DNA from: Takakia lepidozioides
Lineage: Eukaryota > Plantae > Bryophyta
Reading direction: 5' to 3'
Length of the DNA: 64,000 nt
Assembly: GCA_030704615.1 (NCBI GenBank)
Contig: CM060731.1
Coordinates: 5,828,001-5,892,000 of the forward strand
Positions 47,101 through 60,504 of the stretch are shown in pieces. Every line of letters begins with the position of its first letter. Position 1 is the stretch's first letter. A model generated the notes under the pieces. That model had not been told where the DNA came from. It did no database searches and saw nothing but the letters and a program-made list of their open reading frames with translations. Position numbers and translations under genes: made by a program.

Positions 47101-50100
47101 CAGCTCAAACAAAGCACCCAATCGCAAGAATGGATTGAGGAAGTTGTCCCTCAGTGCTCGGCGCTGTTCTACATCACAGGTTGAAAATGATAAACCCAGT
47201 AATGCTCAGGGTTTAGTTAAACATGATTGCGAGAAGATTAAGAGGCGGGACGAATATGTGGAAGCACCAGAGGATTGTGAAAGTACGGAAGTGGCAGTTG
47301 TCACAAGTTCAGATGAAAAAGGGAGTGAGGAGCGACGGCAGCGTGGTTTGAGTGGGGAGGCCAGCACCAGTCAGTCACATGCTAGTTCACCTGCCGAGAG
47401 TCCTGCTGCTGCAGGTCGAGTCTCCAGTCCCATTCCTCACCAGAAGGTGGTGCCTCTCTTCTCTCTACTTAAATCCTCATATGCAACGTTGCTTGAACAA
47501 TGAACTTGGCTGTGGCAGCAGGTAGGGATGCAGTGGGGCTTGGGCTGGTAGCAATATGAATTTCATATACTGGTTGTGGGATGTGTCTAAGGTACTATCT
47601 TCTTTGTGTGTCTTGACCACAATTCCACTTTCCAGGAGAGGCAAGAAGCTATGGTCGAAAAACCACACGTGCCATGTGCTTCACTGCCTACTGCTTTGCA
47701 ATCAAATGCAACTGATGCAGTGGATGCTGGGCCTTCCAACATCAGCAGGGCAGGCATTCAGGACTCCAAGGACAGAGCAGATTTGGGCCTGGCTGGTGAA
47801 CAGCAGGCACTCAGCAGTGCTAAGAATGGAGAATCTTCTGACAATGCTCGTGGAGCTGTTTCAAGGAAAAGTTTAAGACAGGGTGTAGTAAGGGCAGACA
47901 TAGGCAAACTCTCAATTGTACCCAGTAAGAAGATAGGTTCTTGGGCTGAAACATATATGCGGGTCTCTGAAGGAGACATGGAATCAAGAGAAGTTGTGAC
48001 AGTTTGTAAAATACCGACAGCTGTAAGAAGCGCAAAAAATGATAGTAAAACAAAGGTTGCCTCTTCCAAACTAGTTATGTCTGGATCGCAGAAGATTAGT
48101 GAGGCACCTGGTTCTGGTCTGTCTGTTGATGCTGCTGGGCCGGACCCTGCACCTGAGTTGAGGAGGGACAATGACAAGCAACCCATGCAAACGGACCATG
48201 GGGCAAGTAAGGTTGGGTGTGGAGCTAGTGCGCCACAAGGAAAGTGTCTCGTAGTATCTGAAAATGTCCCAAGTCCAAACTCGGAAGGGGAGTTGTTGCA
48301 GACTGCTGCAATGAAACCCGACATCTTACTGCAAGCTAAAGCAATTGAGTAAGTAGCACTTGGAGAATTGATGTAGAAATCTTGTTCTCACTTCAAGTTG
48401 TTTGTTACTGCAAAGGTGACATGCACAACTTCCAGGCAAAGCAGTTTTTGTTCAGGTTACGTTGGTAGTATGGCATCAGTACGCACATTGCTAGCCGTTT
48501 TGTTGTTTGCTTCTTTTCTATTTCTGTAAGGTGGCACGTGAAAACTTACATATGTTTTTCTTCCTGTTACTACTTGGGGGTAAAACTTGCGGCTCATTAT
48601 GCTGAACTTGCTTGCCAGTGAGTTCAGCACTTTTCTTGGCTTTAGACTGGTATAGGCCTGCTGTTGTCACTTGGGGGTTTGATGTCATTGCTTCTTGGGT
48701 AAAAATTTAAACCTGTTTCGCCAGCCCATACTAGAATTTTCTATCCATTGAGATTAAAGATATGACGTGGTAGCAGGGTCTGGAGCAGTAAGACTGTTTG
48801 TTGAATGCATGCAGGTATACCAGGGAGGCTCCACAAGCATATGTGCATCCTTACCTTTTGCAGAGACTTACTGAATCACAGCAAAGCTGTGGTACTACGA
48901 AAGGAAGCACATCTTTAGGAAGTACAAATAGGACGGACCCTGTGGCCTCTCCAACTGTGGAGCAGGTTTGTTTAGTGGCTGAGCAACCAGCAAACGTCAT
49001 TGCAGGTGAGGATGGTTCCCAAAGGTTGGGGATGGATTGCAAGGTTGGTATAGAGGTCAATGATGAGGAGCGCATACAATCGCTAGAAAAGCAGTGGGAG
49101 CAGCTTCAAGCAGCCGAGTCAGGAGGTGTTCTGCTGTTGGCTCCGGATGATGAGATTGAAGGCGAGCTTTTGGTTCTGCAAAATATGCTCTTGGATTGTG
49201 CTCAAGTCAATCGCATTCGGTGCGGTATGTACAAAATTTTCCCCAGGCACTCCACAAATGTGAACAAACACCCGTAGTGGTGTATTATGCTTTTCATGGA
49301 ATGTGGGAGCTTCTTTTGATGCAACCTGATTAATTGCTCAGGCAGGTGGGTTGTCTGGTTGCAGAGCAATTGATCACTAGGCTGGTCCCTCGTCTGGCAG
49401 AAGAACGGGCAGTTTCACGCAGGCAAGGGCAAGACCTGGCAATGGTGCACCACTACTTGTCTCAGGCTCGTGAGGCCAAGAAACAGGGGCGCAAGGAGAA
49501 GCGTGAGAAGGAGGCACAAGCAGTGCTAGCAGCAGCCACTGCTGCAGCAGCTGCTTCTCCACGGGTTGGATATGTGAAGCGGGATGCTCCACTTTCTGAC
49601 CATGATACTTATGCAACTCCTCAGGAGACCACGGATGGCAGCCCAGGCATATTGCATATTGCTGTACGCCATCTTAAGCCACCTGTGCCAAAGCCCACCA
49701 AGCTTCTCATTCCACCAGGCCATCCAGCCCTTTCCCGGTCAACAGCCCAAGCCAAAGCAACCTTCTTGAAGCAAACCCTTGATACAAAAACTGTGGTGCA
49801 AAGGACTGCCTCTCCGCGGTTACAGGCAGCTGAGGGGTCGTCCATCTGTGACATTTGCAGTAATGGGGATATGTCACGTTCCAACAAGATTGTAGCTTGT
49901 GACCGCTGCAAAGTGAGTATGATCTTACAATGTCACTTGTGTGCAAAGTTTTCGTCGTGTTTTGATTATACTAAATTTCCTTTCAAGTGAGAGGCAAGGA
50001 TGACAGAGTGGGACATACACAGGTGGCAGTGCATCAGGAGTGCTACGGCATTGGGCGCATTCCACTGGGGGTGTGGTGGTGCCAGCCCTGTGCCGAGCTG

Positions 50101-53013
50101 CAGCAGTTTCAGGCACTCCGATCACCAGATGTTGAAGCACGTGCTAAGTTCTGGGTCCAGTGTGCCCTCTGCGGCGGTCGCTCTGGCGCTTTCAAGCGTT
50201 GCACAGATGGCCATTGGGTGCATGTTTTCTGTGCACAGGTAAGACCTTGTGCTGCTAGTGGCCGAAAGTGTAGCATAGTGCTCATCATGATGTGCTCTGT
50301 GGTATTCTGAAGTTTAGGGTTTAGGATTTGTACGTTCTTTGGATCTCAGTACCTTTTTTACTTTCTGGAGACGTTATTTTCCTGGTTCGATCTCAACTTT
50401 GACTGATGATTCAGAGGTCTGGATGCTGTGTCTTGCTTGCGTAGTGGATGCCTGAGACCACAGTAGGGAAGGACCAGGCGGCCTCCATTGAGGGCATGGT
50501 ATGTGTGTCTGTCATCTCATCTTCTCCATCCAAGCTTGGCTAATAATGGTCCATAGGTTCTGCTGTGTAAAAGTGAAGTACCAATACATCTTCAATAATA
50601 CTGTGGATGATCCAGCCAGCATACAAGCTTGTGAGATGGCAGCTACTAGTAAATATTCAAGGGTTTTGTGTACTTTGTAAAACATACAGATTCTGTTGTT
50701 GAGCAGATCTTGACTGTTCCTTGCTAGTCTGGGGGACAGCGATTACATGATGGGTCAAAAAGGTTTGCTGACACACTGTGCTTCTTTAGGAAGCTGTACC
50801 CCCTGAGCGCTATGCACTGCTGTGCAGCATTTGCCATCACCAGCAGGGTGCCTGTCTGACGGTATGTCGAACTTGGCATCTTGTTGATCATTTTGTGAAT
50901 GGGCAACCACTATCATGTTGCATTTAATTATAAAAAATAGTGAGAGTCCTCTGTAGGTTGTCTTTACCATTTTGGATTATTTTGTATTCTTTTGACTTCA
51001 GTACTGTGCACAGGCCCTGTGAGCTACTTAGCCAGACGTTATGGTTATGGTGGCTGTCCCAATACAGGGGTGGAACTGTATACTTTTCCTAATCAGCAAA
51101 GTGGACTACCTATGATTCTCATGGCAATTTCATGACATACCACTATTTACAATGTACTACACGAGAACAAGGGGCTCTCGCTTTCCTGCACAGCATTGTG
51201 TGAAAGGAAGTTGTGTTGAGTGGAAATTGGTAATTTTGGGACTGGTTTTCAGTGTCCTTGATGAATTCTCTGGCCATGAATGCTCTGCCATGGTGCAAAC
51301 TCAGGGGCAATAGTTTCGAAGAGCTGTACAGTACCATTGAGAATCAAACCACAGACTGTACATTGAACAACAGACTTCATTTGCATCACAGATGAATGCT
51401 GAGCGGTAAGCTGTTTGGAACTGAGGCAGGGTAGTTGGACCTATTGTGCAGTGCAACTTTGGCCATTGTCATGGTGCCTTTCACCCATCATGTGCACGTG
51501 ATTCTGGATTGTACATGAATGTGAAGTCTAGCCCTGGTGGCCGTTTCCAATATCGTGCGTACTGTGAGCGCCATAGTCCTCAACAAAGAGCTAAGGTATG
51601 AGTCAGAAAGTTAGCTTTGCAAAACTTCTTTCACTTGGCTGGGACTTTGGATTATAACAAGCTCCATCATCTCTGGGTATATGGGGACACAAAGGTCTGT
51701 TGGACATAGGAGCTTGGCAAAAAGGCTGATGTACTGATCTGAAATGGTTGGAATGGACAGGCTGAATTGAGGCAGCGCAGCGGGTGTGATGATATGAATG
51801 CACTTCGGCAGATTCGGGTAAGGTGCCTAGGGCCTGCATGCTTGTTTTTGCTTTTTGACTGAGATTGTGTGAAGTGCTCACACTTCAACTACACTGTCTT
51901 TCAGGTGGAGTTTGAGCGAGTGCGTCTCATTTGTGAACGGATTTGTAGGCGTGAACGATTGAAGGTGGTCTCTGTGCAATGCCTTTGCTTCTGTATTGTT
52001 GTGTATGGTTCCTCTGGAAGGAACGGAGACAAATGGCCAGCAAGAAAGGGAACTTCTAAGATGAGGATAGTTGCTTGTTTCATTTCTCTCTTTATTTGTG
52101 CCTTTGCATGAGCTCTGCACTTCTTGGTGAAGTTTTGTGCAAGATATCCTAGATAGAATTGTTTTGCTAGACTGTCAAGGATACAATCTCAAACATGAGT
52201 GGATATGAAGGGATGGAAGGTATGGGAATTGCATGGTCTTTCATCACATGAAGTGTTGCAGGTGCTCAAACGTTTTGGCTAGTCAAAGATGGGAGGTCTT
52301 GCATGCAGGCTGACATGGGATGGAACAAACGGTGCAGCGGGATGTGTTGCAGAGTGCCAAGGAGGTGTACTTGGCGCAACTGTTGTGTGCGGCGCAGCTA
52401 TCGTCCGGTGGCATGGAGCAGTCAAAGGCATTTGTGCCGTCTTGGATGAATGGAACCACATCGATGCTTCCCAGAGGTATTGATTGCAGACTGCCCATTT
52501 TGAGTCTATCGAGTCCATCATATCTGGCACCTTAGCAAGCCATCTGACATTGCTGGTATGGTTGGGTGTGTAGGAGTGCCTCTGGGCACTGTACAACAAT
52601 CAGCTGTGCAAAGCAAACGAAGTCCTGAGAGAAGGGCTAAAGATGAGAAGGAGCACATGAAGAAGCACAAGAAGTACAAGAAGGTACTCCTGTTTTATCA
52701 ACAAAGTTTTCCCTTACCAGTTACCATTGTATGTAGAGTGCTGGGTAGTAAACATTGTATGATAGCAAGTTTGTGGTAACTGAAAGGAAGGGATCGGCTG
52801 TGTTGTTGTTGGGGGGGGGAGCAGCATGCTGAGACAAAGCTGCATCGAGAAAAACTTATGACCCCCACTGAGGCTTCAATGCAGAACTTGCGGCTGCCAA
52901 AAGGGTATGCGTACGTCCCAGTTGATGTCTACGTTAAGGGTACTATGGCACCACCACGTTCAGATATCAATGACAAGCACCATCTATCTACTCTTCCTTC
53001 ACAATCCCCATGA
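44125..53013 (+). CDS. BRPF/Jade-like chromatin protein with two PHD-Zn knuckle-PHD (PZP) modules (At1g77800-like), ~16 exons
   Basis: Exons 44125-45208, 45818-45903, 46075-46581, 46994-47446, 47636-48348, 48815-49224, 49365-49912, 50023-50238, 50445-50498, 50790-50861, 51452-51595, 51761-51817, 51905-51964, 52338-52477, 52574-52683, 52825-53013. Two CxxC..VHQxCYG..WxC and HxFC..W modules; [15 protein letters not shown]; [10 protein letters not shown]. Confidence 0.93.
46792..46949 (+). mobile_element. Diverged 3'-end fragment of the same LINE family in PZP gene intron 3
   Basis: CAAACTGGGTGCAGGGTCTATAGCCACAAGGCTATGGAAAACGTCTTTTGAGTACAAT resembles the LINE 3' end. Absent from the paralogous site at ~36352. 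Confidence 0.75.
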
Positions 53014-54198
53014 TGCTTATTTTACATGTTCATATCGAGGATTTCCCTTGGCTAGTGTAGTAGTCATTGAAAGGTGATCTAGTAGAGGTCTTTCTCAATT
53101 GTAGACTCCTATTCTTAGTGTCTGTAACATACATTTTTTGGTTTGTTTGTAACATTTTGAATGAAACACTAGAGGCAAAATGCCACTGCAAATAAGGAGT
53201 TAGATTCTTGGGAGTCGTTATACACGTATACTAAAGGAATATGCATCAACAGCACTGGCCTTACCCATCATGGACACTGGATGGTAGCCTTGAACATTTT
53301 CTCATGTAAGGACTACCAGACTAACAGTTTGACTCAGGTAAGTCAAACTACCAGAGTGATCCCCTTACAAGGTAGTATTGCTTCCCCTTTTTTCTGCTGT
53401 GGCCGCAAGAGAAATGTGGCACACGAGAAATGTGGCACAGATCTCATTTCTCCAAACTCTGTAGTCGTACCATATTATCCATGTACAACTCAAGTGGAAA
53501 AGAAATTTATTCCAGGATGGGTTGATGTTGTGTAGCCAAGGCTCATGTGAAGGAGTCGTCCAAAAAACTTCATGAAAACAACATTTTGGGGTGTTGTGAA
53601 GCATTTTGGACTGTAAAGTTCCCTTCCAGTGAAAGGAAATTCCCTCTAATGTTGAGCTGACTTGATTTTGGAGAACAGCATGTAACTGCTAATCTTCATC
53701 TGGCCTTTTTGTTGTTGTGCCATCTACATCATGAGAAGTCAAAAGGTACACATTTTTTATCTAATAGCTTCTCAAATCTAGCCATTGGCAAGTTAAAATA
53801 GACAGCGCATTACCCTACGAAGATAAGAAATTATTGAATTGCCAGCCTAAATGCAATCCTGTACAACTTGTTATAGTACTTTTCAATACGATTAGACTAA
53901 GGTTTCAGGTGTGGCACTTGGGCCGAGCTCTCCTCCTCCTCCTCATAGTCCTCCCATGGTTCATACTTATGGCAATATCCCCAGACGATGACGCCTTGTT
54001 GCTTGATTTTTGAAGAAGGTTGCAAGTCATTCATCTTCGAGCGGGGGCTCCTTTGTACTAAGGAGTTGGGGTCAAGCGGAGTTATAACGACAAGAATGGG
54101 GGCTTGGGCGCTCCACGCCTATCTCTACTGCCAGACATGGACCACAAAACACACATCAACCTAAAGCTTGTCATGTAATGAAAACCCTAAATTGCAAA

Positions 54199-56670
54199 GG
54201 GCCAGAATATGTGTGCGGCACCGCACACTTTATTCCACTGCCAATGCAGTATCAGTAAGGCATGAATGGCTCTCACTCACTCGAGCTTCAGCACTTCCAA
54301 CACATCTCCTGTTGTTTTGACATCCAAAAACACAGTGAAATGGGGGCAGAAATAGTGTGCGTTGCCGCACATTGTTTTCTGCTCCCATTTCAGTATGTAT
54401 CAAATGAATTGGTAGCTAGTTTTTTGGTTCTCTTCCGCCCTCAACCCTTACTTGCACAGCAGGAAAATAAGTGTGCGGTGCTGCACCCTTTTTCCCCTGC
54501 CAATGCAGTATGATTTAGGAATGAATGATTGTCACTAAAGTAGGCATCACCACTAAGGTAGAAACACCCAAATATGAGCAGGTCTCAAAATGGACCCCTA
54601 TTTTTGGGGTGTAAAGTGGTCCCGCCTGCCCTTAAATGGCGACCTTACTGCCAACGGGCTGATTTAGGTTCCTTCATGGGCATTGTGGCCCCATGGTTCT
54701 TTGTTAGATGAACAAAAACATACTGAATACTGTGACCAGCGTATTTGCCAAATGGAGGCCTTTTATAGGATACCTTTTGCTCTTGTGGGCCGAGCTGTTG
54801 GGTGAGTTATTGGGCCATTTCAAGTGCACATCTCGTGCATATCAGGTCACATGTAGGCTTCATATTAGATAATATTTCAGTGAGTTATGGTACCCTCTAT
54901 AGCTCAGGCATAGCATTTTTGTGCCCTGCCACTTTGATAATATATATCAATTAGCCACTTCGTCCAAAATTCATGCAATTCAAACCACAAGCTGTTTGTT
55001 CAATTGCTCATCCAGTCATATAATTTTTCCCCTTACTGCACCAATTGTACGGGCATATCTGCTTAAGCGCTCACATTTGGGTGTAACTACCTTACATTTC
55101 ACCACATCTCCAGTTCTTGTAACATCAGCAACGCAGCCAAAAAGAGGGGCAGAAAACAGTGTGCATTGCCGCACACTGTTTTCTACTTCCATGTCACTAT
55201 GCTTTATCTCCACAGGGGCCTTGTCTGTTGGTTGTCTTCACATCTAAACCCTACTTTGTTAAAGGGGACAGAGATGACGGTTGTCAGGCAAGGAACCGCC
55301 GCCGGCGTTCATGAAGGTATAAGGGCCTTCTCTCTGGGGATTTTCCGGGGACACCCGAAACTGCATCGGAAGGCATGGAAGTCCACGTCCACTTTCTACT
55401 TTCCACTTTCGACGTAAGTATGCAATGTGGGAGACACGAATGCAGAGAGTGCTAACACATGCCTTGTCCGTGGCATGTCATCCATATCCACAGTTCAAAT
55501 TCGAGCCGTGCACGACGGGCTCCTGTTCGTCCCTTGCAGACATCGGACAGACAGTGTCGTGCACTGGCCCTATAGACTCTGCTCTGGATTCTGAAGCTTG
55601 TTTCCATGCAGACCAGCACTGTATTCCTTTGAGTGTGTCAGTGGACGCCGAGGGGTTCGCTATGGTTGGGGAGGAAATCCTCGCTACAACATTCAAATTT
55701 GAGATCGGCTCGTTGGTTGTTTTGAAGGAAATTCATAATCATGATGGTTGTGTGGTGCGGGCTCACCTTCAGATACCCTGTTTCGGCCCCTCTACATTGC
55801 CTTTTTTGAGAGCGAATATGAGAGTTTCTGGAGTGTAGAAGTAGATTGAAGTGATAGCTGAAAACAGTGTGCTTCAAAGCACACTGTTTGAGCCCCTCCA
55901 CAGTGCCTTTTTTGAGAGCGAATTTGAGAGCTTCTGGAGTGTAGAAGTAGATTGAAGTTATGGCTGAAAACAATGTGCTTCACCGCACACTGTTTGAGCC
56001 CCTTCACGGTGCCTTTTTTTAGAGAGAATTTGAGAGCTTCTGGAGTGTTTCTGCCCCTTCACAAAGTCAGAATTCTATGTGAAAGACAACCAAGAAAGAG
56101 CCTCCCTGTTGATATCAAGCATAGTGAATTGAAAGCAGAAAATAGTGTGCTTCACCGCACACTGTTTCTGCCCCTTCTTTTGGCTACGTTTGTGATATGA
56201 AAAGAGCAGGAGATGTGGTGAACATTTTGTGGTGAAGCATAGTTGAGTGACAGCAGCAGACAGTGTGCGGTGTTGCACACTGTTTCTGCCCTATGCAATG
56301 TAGGATTCTATGACCCAAACAAAAGAATGTAAGCCTGTTTGTGCTCATTCTGCCCCGTTGTTTTGATGTTGAGAGATGAAAGCATCTTGCACATCGAAAC
56401 AGAATCTCTGCAATGTCTTTGTTTGGTGAAAATTTGCTTGTGGTGATGGATGGCACCGCACACTGTTTTTGCCCCTTTCCTTGGTTGAGATTTGATGTTT
56501 GAAAAAACACAATGTGAGTGATTATTGGGTGATGAAGCATCCTGGAGTCACAGCGGAAAATGTATGATATGAAGGTGCGATTTGGAAATGTAAGAGACCC
56601 TGGGATTGAGGAAGACTTCCTGATTAAGCAGAGTTAAGTGAAAGCTGAAAAACAGTTTCTGCCCTCTCTC
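54199..56670. repeat. Dispersed array of ~40-45 bp palindromes (GGGGCAGAAAACAGTGTGCG-n-CGCACACTGTTTCTGCCCC), including a ~106-bp tandem unit x2.5
   Basis: Copies near 54211, 54342, 54459, 55146, 55857, 55962, 56135 and 56256; half-sites at 56453 and 56644. Confidence 0.8.
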
Positions 56671-56715
56671 AAGTAATGTTCCTCATGTCCATTTCAATGT
56701 GTACCCCTGTAGAAA

Positions 56716-57171
56716 ATGCAAAGAGTCGAGGATGACACTCCAACATTGCAAGAAGTGGAGACAACCAAGGCTCCGGATGAAAAGATCCCTGATGTGGACG
56801 ATGAATTATATGAAAGCAAGGCGTCGCAAATGCTGGGGAACCAGAAGGTGAATTCGCAACTTGTGGTGCAAAGTATGCTTGCACCTAGTGGGAGGTGGAT
56901 GATTCCACTTTGCAGGATGATTTCCATGCCCGTTGTTCGTCCACCGCTCATTAAGGACATCCAGAAGCTGGAGGCAGATTTTGTTCATGGATACTTGGAT
57001 GGATCCGCTGTTTTTTATGTTTCAACCACGGATTCCAAAGGCAAGGAGACTCTTGTGGATGAGTCCGTGATCGAGTCATGGGATCCCATAGCCTGGCAGG
57101 TGAATAAATCTTTCGAACTACTTTTGTTGAGAAAACTGACGACGCAAGCATTCTTTGGCAAGATGTTATAG
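56716..57171 (+). pseudogene. Truncated ORF resembling the N-terminal part of a ParB/Srx-fold domain
   Basis: IPLCRMISMPVVRPP..DIQKLEADFVHGY....FYV pattern (ParB: I.l..i.....R......v..L..s....G). Cut off at GKML, before an expected DGxHR motif. Confidence 0.45.
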
Positions 57172-59680
57172 ATGTTGCCACACATTCAGCCATCTCCACA
57201 TTGCCATGGATTCTGTAGGCACCAAGCAAGGCCTTTCACACCACAGCATCTGGATTGATTGGCATTTTATTAATCAGGTCCACTGCCTCATGTACTTGTC
57301 CCGCTCGTCCAGAAGGTCCACCATGCAGCCAAAGTGCTTTACTGGCGGGGTGACACCATGATCTTGACTCAGGGAATCGAAGTAGCGTCTTCCTTCCTTC
57401 AGTAGGCTAGTGTGGCTGCATGCAGAGAGAACACATATAAAGGTGATACTATTCGGCTTCAAGCCGTTCTTTTGCATTCCTTCAAATAGTTGCAGGACCT
57501 CCCTATGACAACCATGTTGGGCATATCCTGCGATCATCGGATTTCACGACACCACATTTCATTCAGCCACATTGTAAATACTCCCTTTGCATTCTCAATG
57601 CACCCACATGTCGCATACATGTTCACCAGGGCAGTGTCCAGAATGACATTTGGTACAATTCCAGCTTTGATGATGTCGCCATGCACCCTTTGCCCTTTTC
57701 TAGGGCTGCTAGGCTTGCACAAGCATTGCAAATGCACAGAAACGTGATGTGGTTGCACTTCACCCGTTCCCCCATCATTTGCTCATAGGTCTCCAAGGCC
57801 TCCCCTTCCCCCAGGCCTCCATCCCGCGCCCCTGCTGTGCATATCCTGCAAGCATGGCTTTCCATAACACCAAATCTCGGTCAGCCATATTGTTGAACAC
57901 TCCCTCCGCATCCTCAATGCTCCCACATTTGGCATACATGTCTAAGAGGGTGTTGTTCAGAATCACATCTGGTACAATTCCAGCTTTGGCAATACACTCC
58001 CTCCGCATCCTCTTTGCCCTTTTCCAGGGCTGCCAGGCTTGCACACGCACTGCAAACACACACAAACGTGATGTGGTCGGGCTTCACCCCTTTTCACATC
58101 ATTTGCTGATAGCCACGCCCAAACAAAGAAAACTGATGTGGACTCTAGTGAAGAAATGGTGAGCAACCAAGTAAAATCCAACACATAAGTTGACAAACCT
58201 GCAGCTTGTCTGACTTCTGGAACCGTCGGCCACACCTGTACTGTCATGTCGCCATGGACCTCTTTGCCCTTTTCTAGAGCTTCCAGGCTTTCACACGCAT
58301 TGCAAATGCACACACACATGATGTGGTCGGGCTTCACCCCTTCGCACATCATTTGCTCATAGGTCTCCAAAGCCTCCATCCCGCACCCTTGCTGTGCATA
58401 CCCTACAATCATTGCACTCCACGACACCACATCTCGTTCAGCCATATTGTCGAACACTCCCTTTGCATCCTCGATGCACCCACATTTGACATACATGTCC
58501 ACTAGGGCAGTGTTGATCAGAATGACATCGGGTACAATTCCAGCTCTGATGATGTCACCATGGACCTCTTTGCCCTTTTCCGGGGCTGCCAGGCTTGTAC
58601 ATGCATTGCAAATGCAAACAAACGTTATGTGGTTGGGCTTCACCCCTTCGCACATCATTTGCTCATAGGTCTCCAAAGCCTCCATCCCGCGGCCTTGCTG
58701 TGCATATCCTGCAATCATCGCACTCCACGACACCATCATTCAGCCATACTATCGAACACTCCCTTCATACATGTCCACGAGGGTATTGTTCAGAATGACA
58801 TTTGGTACAATTGCAGCTCTGACAATGTCGCCATGGACCTCTTTGCCCTTTTCCAAAGCTGCTAGGCTTGCACACGCATTGCAAATGCACAGAAACGTGA
58901 TGTGGTCAGGCTTCACCCCTTCCCCCATCATTTGATCACAGGTCTCCAAAGCCTCCCTACCATGTCCCTGCTGTGGATACCCTGCAAGCATCGTGTTCCA
59001 TGACACCACATCTCGTTCAGCCATAGTGTTGAAAACTCCCTTCGCATCCTTAATGCACTCACGTTTGGCATACATGTCCACCAGGGTAGTGTTCACAATG
59101 ACATCTGGAACAATTCCAGCTTTGACGATGTCATCATGGACCTCTTTCCCCTTTTTCCCAGGTGCACACGCATTGCAAACACAAATGAACGTGATGTGGT
59201 TGGGCTTCACCCCTTCGCGCATCATTTGCTCACCACATCAAGGTGCCCTCAGGGCCGAGTCTGATGAGAGGGCAAAACAGGCTGAAATAGGTCGAAGAAG
59301 AAGGTGCCCTCACCACATTGGCCTTGACCTTGTGGCACGACCCATGGAGGATTTGACCACCCACGCTTGGTAGAGCCTGCCAACATTATATTCCACGTGA
59401 TCAAAGATTGTTGAACACTTGGTGGGCATCCATGATGCTCCCGCACTTAACATACATGTTGACAAGGGTGTTGAGTAGAAAAACATTTGGCGTGAATCCA
59501 CTTTGGATAATGTGAGTGTGCACCTGCTATCCAGCTTCAAGGCCTTACATCTTGATGCACTTATGCAAGAGACAGACATACGTATGTGAATTTGCTGAAT
59601 TGCTCTGAATCTGCTGAAATGCCTCCTTGGTTTAAAGTCTGTAGAGCCTCTTTCAGTCTGCCTGCCCCACAAAGCATCTT
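57170..59680 (-). pseudogene. PLS-class PPR gene, frameshifted, interrupted and truncated in the E domain
   Basis: Repeated DVVSWSAMIAGYAQQG..EALE..PNHITF..NAC..LVDMYAKCG units; HFGCMVDLL and LGAYRIHGNVEMAECVA. Many frameshifts; insertions at ~58112-58243 and ~59231-59370. Confidence 0.92.
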
Positions 59681-59759
59681 CACATGTCCAGAAGTGCCAG
59701 AAGAGGCATTGTGGACTCCCTCCTTGATCCTCTTCCAGAGGCTGTGGTGAGGTTTACTA

Positions 59760-60370
59760 TTTCATGAGCAGAAACCATGAGCCATGAGCCATGAGCCGCA
59801 TGAGCTGCATGAGCGGTGAGCCGAAGTCTAAGACACGCGGATTTCATGAGCGGACTCCTCCAAATTTGGAAATGCGGCAGATTAAACAAGTATTAAAATA
59901 ATAGTTTTTTTAATTTGACCTTGCCGTTTTTGGAAGTTCCACATCCTGTAATGCGGCGAAGATATGTCGTCAGTAACAAGTCCGCTCATGGTTTTTTAGA
60001 TCCGCTCATGGAAATGATTGACCGTGCAACGAGAAATCCAGTATACCACGGCAAAAGGACGTCGCATACTGGCCTGTATAGAGTATTCCGCGGTTTTACA
60101 TGCCTTAACATTGGAATGAAGCTGACCCTTCTGCCGCGATTGAACCAATAGAGTCTGCAGTACTTCACAATTCTGTCATTTTCGGGTATTCGGCGAGAAA
60201 GATTTGCGACTCAACTGGGAAATGCGGTGCCGCGTTAGGGCTGCGAAATTTCTGGGGAGTTTGGTGTTGGCGACGGTCGGCTCCCTGAAGGCTGGGTGCG
60301 ACTATCTTGCTATGATGAAGGCCGAATCTATCAGCACCTACGACGTTACTTGGAAATGCGGCGCCGCATT
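59760..60370. repeat. CATGAGC and AAATGCGG repeats; probable subterminal region of the MULE-like element
   Basis: Tandem CATGAGC at 59763-59850, inverted GCTCATG at ~59984 and ~60004, repeated GGAAATGCGG. Confidence 0.5.
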
Positions 60371-60504
60371 TCCTTGTCGGGGGTCGAATGAGGAAAGCAA
60401 AGTTTGGGAGAGCAGAAAAACATGAACCCTCCAACAAACAAAAATACAAGCACGTAGAAACAGAAGTGAATGACATAGTATTATCTTAATTCGAGCAAAA
60501 CAGG

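Noticed and set aside
54199-56670. CRISPR array
   Set aside because: Palindromes are degenerate, spacing ranges from ~60 to ~700 bp, some spacers are duplicated, there are no cas genes, and the context is eukaryotic.
59255-59300. Hammerhead ribozyme (CTGATGA...GAAA)
   Set aside because: Stem II between the core motifs does not pair and no stem III/I is evident.
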